Positions 54,088 to 64,000 of a DNA stretch of 64,000 bases are shown here, one piece after another (position 1 is the stretch's first letter; each line of letters opens with the position of its first letter). Below the pieces are notes generated by a model. The model did not search any database. It was not told the origin of the DNA and worked only from the letters and a program-made list of their open reading frames with translations. The stretch is from the human T2T-CHM13v2.0 reference genome, Homo sapiens. A program made the translations under genes and the position numbers. The stretch lies in contig CP068257.2 in the NCBI GenBank assembly GCA_009914755.4, positions 28,672,001 through 28,736,000 on the forward strand, given 5' to 3'.

Positions 54088-54225
54088 TTCACTTCTCAGA
54101 TTATTTCACTTCTCAGATAAAGATATATTTATCACTTCTCAGATAAAGATATAGAGATATATTAATATTTTCACTTCTCAGATAAAGATATAGAGATATA
54201 TTAAGTAATTTGTTAAAAAATTATT
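54088..54225. repeat. Minisatellite, about 3.5 copies of a ~38-bp unit 'tcacttctcagataaagatatagagatatattaatatt'
   Basis: 'ttcacttctcagattatttcacttctcagataaagatatatttatcacttctcagataaagatatagagatatattaatattttcacttctcagataaagatatagagatatattaag'. Confidence 0.9.
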
Positions 54226-55599
54226 TTAACAAAAAGTTATAAATCCAAAAAGTGAGACTAGTTCTGTCTGTCTGCAGATATTTCATTATTCATCCCTACT
54301 TTCTGTGTTTGTTAAGCCATGATATAAGGCTAACAAATGCTGAGGATAAAATGTATGACACAGGTGAGGTGATTTTATTATTAAGCTCCTTAGCACTTAA
54401 AACTCCTCAGAAGAAGGACGAAAGTGGAGGGAAAGAATAGACTATCCCAGACAGAGTACTAATGCAAATGACAGAAGGTAGGGAGTAGAAAAACAAACGG
54501 CAGATCATTTTAGGATCCATAACTGTATTATTTTCTTGTCTAGAATTTTAAAATAAAACCTTGCTGAGTAGAATTCCATCTCATGGCTTCAGTAAATGTA
54601 GGCTTCTGTACAAAACGTTACTCTCCATGTGTTCACAATTGATTAAGATAACATTTCTGCATCATTTTCCCCAGAATGAAGTTTGCAGCTCCCAAGGATG
54701 TACTAAATGTGGTTGACTGTTTTTCCTGTTCTCTCTAGTGTAATAATAGACCATGGTAAATTACCCTAAGATTGTCAAAGCTAAAGCATTTTTCAAATTT
54801 GGTTTATAAGCTGGAGAATATGAACAGCCAATGGCACCTCTTCACCTTACAATATCTGTAGAACACAGACAGTGAAGTCTCTGGAATCAATTTTATAGTC
54901 AAGACATTAACCTTTGTGGTCATTTGCCCAGCAGAAAGAGTAAGCTGTTAAAAAACACAAAATCAGCCACTATTCACCTCTTTTTATGATTATGAGTGTG
55001 TTAACAGCTTTCCCTTCAATTACATGACTAGGGTTATTTTGCCAGTAAAGTACCAAAAAGATAATATATACCAGAAGCAAATTTAGATATTGTCTCTTTG
55101 CAGAAATGCCCTGAAATGAGGGCAATCACTCATTACTTTGAGTATAGATTTTAACTAAAATTTGTTTGACTGAAAATTACAATATTATCTAGCCCAAAGA
55201 AACTTGGGAAAAACAGTGTTGTGTTTCTTTCAACTCCACTGTCCAGAAGAAGAAAACTAGAATTCTCCCTCTCATTCTTTTGGAAAGTCATAAAACACTT
55301 GAGCATATTAACAAACTTTTAAAAAGGATAAAAACAAATCTGATTAATGTGGTTAGCCCAAATTAATCATATAAATATAAACTTTGTATCCAATCTATTA
55401 ATATTTCTTAAAACCAGTGTCTCAAGCAATTAACATTTGAGGAGAAGGGCTTTAGTCATTTGAGATTGGAATGGAATGGTATTACTGGTATAGTTCAGGA
55501 AACAAACTGGAGATTAAAGGGATACCTACTAAAATAGGTGGCAAACATTAAAGAAAAGAAAAAACTTAGGGCAATTTCTAATTCTTTGACTTTGCTCAC

Positions 55600-57440
55600 T
55601 ACTTCTATAGCTACCCTTACTAGATTAAGAACTTCCTATATCAGTAACTACATCTTCTTCAATAACAATCAAGCTGAGAAACGAATCATCAACTCAATTC
55701 CATTTACAATAGCTACAAAAATAACTAGGAATACATTGAACCAAGAAGGTAAAAGAGCTCTACAAGGAGAACTATAAAACACTAATGAAAGAAATCATAG
55801 ATGATACAAACAAATGGAAGAGCATCCTATACTCATGGATTGGCAAAATCAGTATCATTAAAATGACCTTACTGCCCAAAGCAACCTACAGATTCAGTGC
55901 AATTCCTATCAAATAACAACATCATTTTAATAGAATTATGAAACCTAAACTTCATGTGGAATCAAAAAAGAGCCCCAATATCCAAAGCAATCCTAAGTAA
56001 AAAGAACAAAGCTGGGTCATCACATTTCTTGATTTTAAATTATACTACAAGGCTATAATAAACACAACAGCATAGTACTGTATAAAACTAGACAAATAGA
56101 TCAATGGATCAGAATAGAGAACACAGAAATAAAGCCAAATACCTAAAATCAACTGATCTTTGACAAAGTCAACAAAAATATACACAAGGGAAAGGACACC
56201 CTGTTCAATAAATGGTGCTAGGGAAACTGGATTGTCATATGCAGAAGAATGAAATTGAATCCATATCTTTCACTGTATACAAAAATTAACTCAAAATGGA
56301 TTAAAAACTTAAATGTAATATCTGAAACTATAAAAACCCCAGAAGAAAATGTAGGAAATCTCTTCTAGACATTGACCTAGGCAAAGAATTTATGACTAAG
56401 ACCGCAAAAGCAAATGCAACAAAAACAAAAATAGACCAATGGGACTTAATTAAACTGAAAAGCTTCTGCACTCCTAAAGAAACTGTCAACAGAGTAAACA
56501 GACAACTTACAGAATGGGAGAAAATATTTGAAAACTATGTGCCCACAAAAAGACTAATATCTAGAATCCACAAGAAGCTCAAACAACTCAACAAGAAAAA
56601 AAAAAAAAACCACTATCAAAAAGTGGGCAAAGGACATGAACAGACATTTTTCCAAAGAAGACATACAAGCAGCCAACAAACGTGGAAAAATTCTCAACAT
56701 CATTAATCATTAGAGAAATGCAAATTAGAACCACATTAAGATACCATCTTACAGTAATAAGAATGGTTATTAAAAAGTCAAAAAACAACAGATGTTGGCA
56801 AGGATGCAGAGAAAAGGGAACACTGTTGGTAGGAATGTAAATTAGTACAAACTTTATGGAAAACAGTATGAAGATTCCTCAAAGAGCTGAGAATAGAACA
56901 CCATTTGATCTAGCAATCCCATTATTGGGTGTCTACACAAAGAAAAAGAAATTGTTATATATATTAAAATCCCCTGCACTGGTATGGTTATCATAACACT
57001 ATTCACCATTGCAAAGTCATGGAATCAGCCAAAGTGTCCATCAATGAATGACTGAATTTTAAAAAGTGATATATAAATGCAATGTGATACTACTCAGCCA
57101 TAAAAAAGAATAAAATTGTGTCTTTTGCAGCAAAATAGATGGAAATGGAAGCCATTATCCTAAGTGAAATGACTAAGAAACAGAGTCAAATACCACATGC
57201 TCTCACTTATTATTGCGAGCTAAACAATGTGTATACCTGGATATACAGAGTGGAATAATTGACTTTGGAGACTCCAAAAGTTGGGAGATTGGGAGAGGGG
57301 TGAGGGATGAAAAATTACCTACAATATAAACTATCTGAGTGATGGATATACTAAAAGCCTGGAGTTCACACTACGTAATATATTCATGTAACAAAACTGC
57401 ATGTTTACCCTTAAATCTATAAAAATAAAATAAAATAGAA
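55600..57440 (+). mobile_element. LINE-1 (L1PB/old L1PA-like), 3' half of ORF2 plus 3' UTR, 5' truncated
   Basis: The ORF at 56392-56706, ...[37 protein letters not shown]...[15 protein letters not shown]..., resembles L1 ORF2 ...[38 protein letters not shown]. Upstream, 'IPFTIATK...' matches the RT end. The 3' end reads '...cgtaatatattcatgtaacaaaactgcatgtttacccttaaatctataaaaataaaataaaatag'. Confidence 0.7.
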
Positions 57441-57906
57441 CTTTAGAACAGAAGAGTTTCCATACATCAATAACTGCATCTTCTCACTTTAGTTAACAGA
57501 CTTTAGTATTCTTATACTAATCTTCCAGAAATGCCAACTAAAAACCTTATAACACATCTTACTAATGAATAATCTACTTATGTTCTCCACACGTGACTAA
57601 CTTTTGTTAAACTTAAAAAAAAAATCATAGGCTCACATGAAGTTGTACAAATAGTACCTAGAGTCCCTTCACACAGCCTCCTGCAATATTGCCAACTTAT
57701 TTAACCATACTACAAAATCAAACCTAGGAAATTGACACTGGTGCCATGTTGTTCGCTAGACTACAGACCTTATTGAGTTTTGCTGGTTTATACATGTACT
57801 CATTTGTGTTTGTATCTGTATGGTTCAATGTAATTTATCTAATGTATAGATTAGTGTAACCACTACCACAGTCCAGAAGAAAAATTCTTCCATTTATGAT
57901 TAACAT

Positions 57907-58060
57907 TTTTTCTTTTTTTTTTAGAGACAGGGTCTTGCTTTGCTGCCTAGGCTGGATTGCAATGGTGCAATCAATAGCTCATTGCAGCCTGGAACTCCTG
58001 GCTTCAATACTCCCGCCTCAGCTTCCCAAGGAGCTGGGACTACAGGCATGCACCATGTGT
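57907..58060 (-). mobile_element. Truncated Alu (right-arm half), minus orientation
   Basis: Poly(T), then 'agagacagggtcttgctttgctgcctaggctggattgcaatggtgcaatcaatagctcattgcagcctggaactcctggcttcaatactcccgcctcagcttcccaaggagctgggactacaggcatgcaccatgtg'. Confidence 0.85.
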
Positions 58061-58329
58061 ATGAATTACAATGTTCATGTAATGAGGCAGAAATATGAGC
58101 CACATATTTTGTCCTTTTATATTTATAAAATGTTTAATTTAGTTATATATGAAATTAAAAATGGAAGCTTGTGTTTTCTAGACAACAACACTAGACAGTA
58201 ATGCAGCATTTGAGGTGAGTGGTGCAAGTGGTGGTATAGAGCAGAAAGAAAGATCAAGTCAAAATACGACACATTTATGTAATTATGTCATTTTTTCCCC
58301 AAGTCACAAGTAGAAGCAGTGCCATTAGA

Positions 58330-58835
58330 AATGTCAAAATTTTGGATGAACCTGGAGGACATCATGCTAAGAGAAATAAGCCAGACACAGAAAGGAAAAT
58401 ACTACATGATGTCATGTATGTAGAAATCGAAACTAGTTAAACTCACAAAAGCAGAGACTAGACTGGTAGCTGTCAGGGCCTGGGCGGAGGGTAAATTGGG
58501 AGGGTGTTGGTCAAAGGGTAAAAAGTTTCAGTTATGCAGGACAATTAAGTTCTGGATATCTAATGTATAGCAATGTGACTGTAGTTAACAATATTGTATC
58601 GTATACTTAAAATTTGCAGAAAGGGTAGACCTCAGTGTTCTTGCCATAGTCAAATGATCAATCAAATGGAAACTGAAATTATAACTATATTAATTACCTT
58701 GACTGTGACAATTTCACAATATGTGTATATATTATATACAGTGTGTGTATCTCAAAACATCAATTTTTACTCCTTAAATTTATATAATTTTTGTAGACTA
58801 TACCTCAGTAAAGATGAGAAAAAGAAAAAAGGCAT
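58330..58835 (+). mobile_element. Ancient LINE-1 (L1M/L1PB-type) 3' end fragment
   Basis: 'ggatgaacctggaggacatcatgctaagagaaataagccagacacagaaag...gctgtcagggcctgggcggagggtaaattgggagggtgttggtcaaagggtaaaaagtttcagttatgcaggacaattaagttctggatatctaatgtatagcaatgtgactgtagttaacaatattgtatcgtatacttaaaatttgc...' matches the classic L1M/L1PB 3' UTR consensus. Confidence 0.65.
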
Positions 58836-59464
58836 AAATTGATAAGGTAAAGTAATTCTTTCCAGGAAATGATATGCATAATTTCTTTTCCTCCTCAGTT
58901 TCCATATTAAAGGAAAAATGATATTCAGACTTTTGTAGCACATCTGTTACTAAGTTTTACAATTAACATTACTGATTTCACATACTGTTGTCAGAAAAAA
59001 TTGTGGGATTTTGAAATGGGGGAAATGTATTACTATGTGGCCTGTCTAGTTCATTTTTCAAGGTATTGTCACGTATTATTGCTTTTTAACTCCTATATAA
59101 TTCTGTAAGTTGAATAAAATTGTTAATAATGCAAATGATTCTAGTCCATAGAAATGAAATAGTTTCTGTCAAGTGGAATGATACTGATTTTTACTCTGCG
59201 TACAGCACTACTTTGCATCTATCTGTGGATTCATTTCAAACTTCCTAACAACCTGTCTAAGTGTTCTCTGAATTATGCTTTGAACCAGTTGTAGCATCTT
59301 AGTGGTCCCCACATTTATTAATGAGTTAAATAAAAATTTTTATATGTGTTGATTTTTTCATTTGTGTAAGAATTGTGACTTTACCTTTTTAAAAATTTAT
59401 CTTAATACTATTATGTTTTATATTGTATCACATTTTAAACGTTTGCCTTCCCTTTCTTTAAGTT

Positions 59465-59565
59465 CCAGGGAAGCAGCATGCAAGACATAGTGAGAAAAAA
59501 AAAGAAAATAAAAATAGTTGGAGATCAACAGAGATGAGATATTAGGATTGGATTAACCATGAATG
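59465..59565. repeat. Copy 1 of a ~60-80 bp direct repeat (partner at 60495-60595)
   Basis: 'agtgagaaaaaaaaagaaaataaaaatagttggagatcaacagagatgagatattaggattgg' against 'gtgagagaggaaaataaaaaatagttggagattagcagagatgagatattaagggaag'. About 90% identity over the core, 1.03 kb apart. Confidence 0.6.
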
Positions 59566-60494
59566 ATTTCTTTTGAACAGCTGGATAGAGAATTCTGGAC
59601 TTGAACAGTAGATACCTGATGTTTTCTTAATTCATACTGTGGTGCCTCTCAAGTAATAGTCTGCAACCCTGAGCTTCTGCTTGTTAATACTTTATTAGAC
59701 TGCTAATTGTAACTAAGTCTCCAGTTACATAAACTTTGATATCTAAGAATAACATGAGCCCCCCAAAACCACTCCCACATATGAAATGTGAAGTTTATTT
59801 TTTTAATTGTTTATCGTTGACATCTTGCCACCCCAGACACAAAGCTGAGGCCCTCTATGGCATCCGTGTTGTTTCCGTCTCTATTTCTGGATTTGTAGAA
59901 TTGGACAATCACACTTACTTATTATTATGTAGTCTTCTACCTCTTGCTGACCACATTTCCCAGTTTAATAAAAAAGGAACTTGTAGTTTTGTCCCCGAAA
60001 CCCACACTGTATTCTTCCAAGCAATTATGCCACCGCTTACGCAGTTTCCTCTTGCTGGCGCTCTCTTCTCACGCATCCTTCACACCAAAATCATAGGAGG
60101 AAATTTGTCTCTCTCACTAGTGAGAGACATGAGTCTAGTGACATTGGTCTTTTCTAAGCTCTCAGCACTTTTCACAGAAGAGCTCTAGTGCAAAGTTAAA
60201 GCTCAAACACATCTAGTGAGCTGAATTAGAACAAAGAGCTGATGTCACTTGGTATATTAAGGTCATTAGGAGTGGAATAATTATAAGTGAGCTTGAAAGC
60301 AACTTATCTTTTCCACTCTGCTTTTTCTTAGCCAGTGATGGGAGTCAGCCTTCCATTACACTCTCTGTTACCCTCATACAACTTAGGCGTTGACCCACAG
60401 TTACCAGGTGCCTAACTTGACAGCACCCTAAAGGGTGAGTGTGGAGAGGAGCAGAGTGTACATAAAAACTGAAAAATCACAGAGAGAAGGAGAG

Positions 60495-60595
60495 AAAGAA
60501 GAAAAGCAAAGAGAAAAGGTGAGAGAGGAAAATAAAAAATAGTTGGAGATTAGCAGAGATGAGATATTAAGGGAAGATTATTCATGCAGAAAATG
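60495..60595. repeat. Copy 2 of the ~60-80 bp direct repeat
   Basis: See copy 1. Confidence 0.6.
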
Positions 60596-61059
60596 GAGGA
60601 GGCAAAGAATATTTATTTTGTCTGATCCCTGAAATCTGAATCTTCACATTATACTTTGAAAGGTTTAAATATTGAAAGTATTCCAATGTGTTAATTTTCT
60701 CCTTTACTCTCTGCCTCCCTGTCTCAATTGTTTGCATTCCACTTAAAGATTGCATTAGAATGGTGGAGATTCTTCAAGTCACTACAGAACTAGATTCTCT
60801 ATGTCACTGGACACCCCTTCCTTCTATCTTGGGATTGCTGCATTTTAAACATTTCTCTGTGCTCAGATGTCTCCTTGCAAGGCCTGGTGCCTTCCACACT
60901 TGAAGTTATGAGCCTCTAGCTCCCAGGACTTTCTTACTGTCCATGCTACTGTGACCCCTTTAGTTTGTTTTCTCAAATGATTTTTTTTAATCCACATTTT
61001 ACTCATTCCGCATTATTTAAAGATGAATTAGTAGTCCACCTTCAATGCTAATGGCATAA

Positions 61060-61447
<388 letters not shown>

Positions 61448-61454
61448 CAACGAT

Positions 61455-63921
<2,467 letters not shown>

Positions 63922-64000
63922 TTATTTCAATTATTTTATTTAGTTTAAACCTAAAGAAGACTTTATTGACCCATATGATCAAAGCACTTAAAGGATGAAT

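Overview
This window reads as human genomic DNA: AT-rich, with many Alu SINEs, LINE-1 fragments and MaLR/THE1-type LTRs. I recognise it as part of the type I keratin-associated protein (KRTAP) gene cluster, most plausibly chromosome 21q22.11. Three intronless KRTAP coding genes lie on the minus strand. KRTAP26-1 is at 13275-13907 (210 aa), KRTAP27-1 at 30916-31539 (207 aa), and the 65-aa KRTAP23-1 at 42282-42479. Each has a TATA-like box 75-180 bp upstream of its ATG and an AATAAA signal downstream. I found three decayed, minus-strand KRTAP-like pseudogene relics at ~640-1173, ~23040-23470 and ~50330-50770. Directly downstream of the KRTAP23-1 stop, a near-intact KRTAP13-like C-terminal reading frame survives out of frame. 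The intergenic DNA is ordinary primate repeat landscape. It holds about 13 Alu copies, at least five L1 fragments of different ages, a Tigger1 DNA transposon carrying a nested solo-LTR-like insertion, a MADE1 MITE, a MIR, and several micro/minisatellites. The window holds no CRISPR array, no rRNA gene, and no tRNA gene I could recognise by eye. I see no sign of a novel biological system. The points worth a second look concern KRTAP gene birth, death and truncation, plus a few unusual repeat structures. All family assignments rest on my recollection of consensus and protein sequences, not on a database search.
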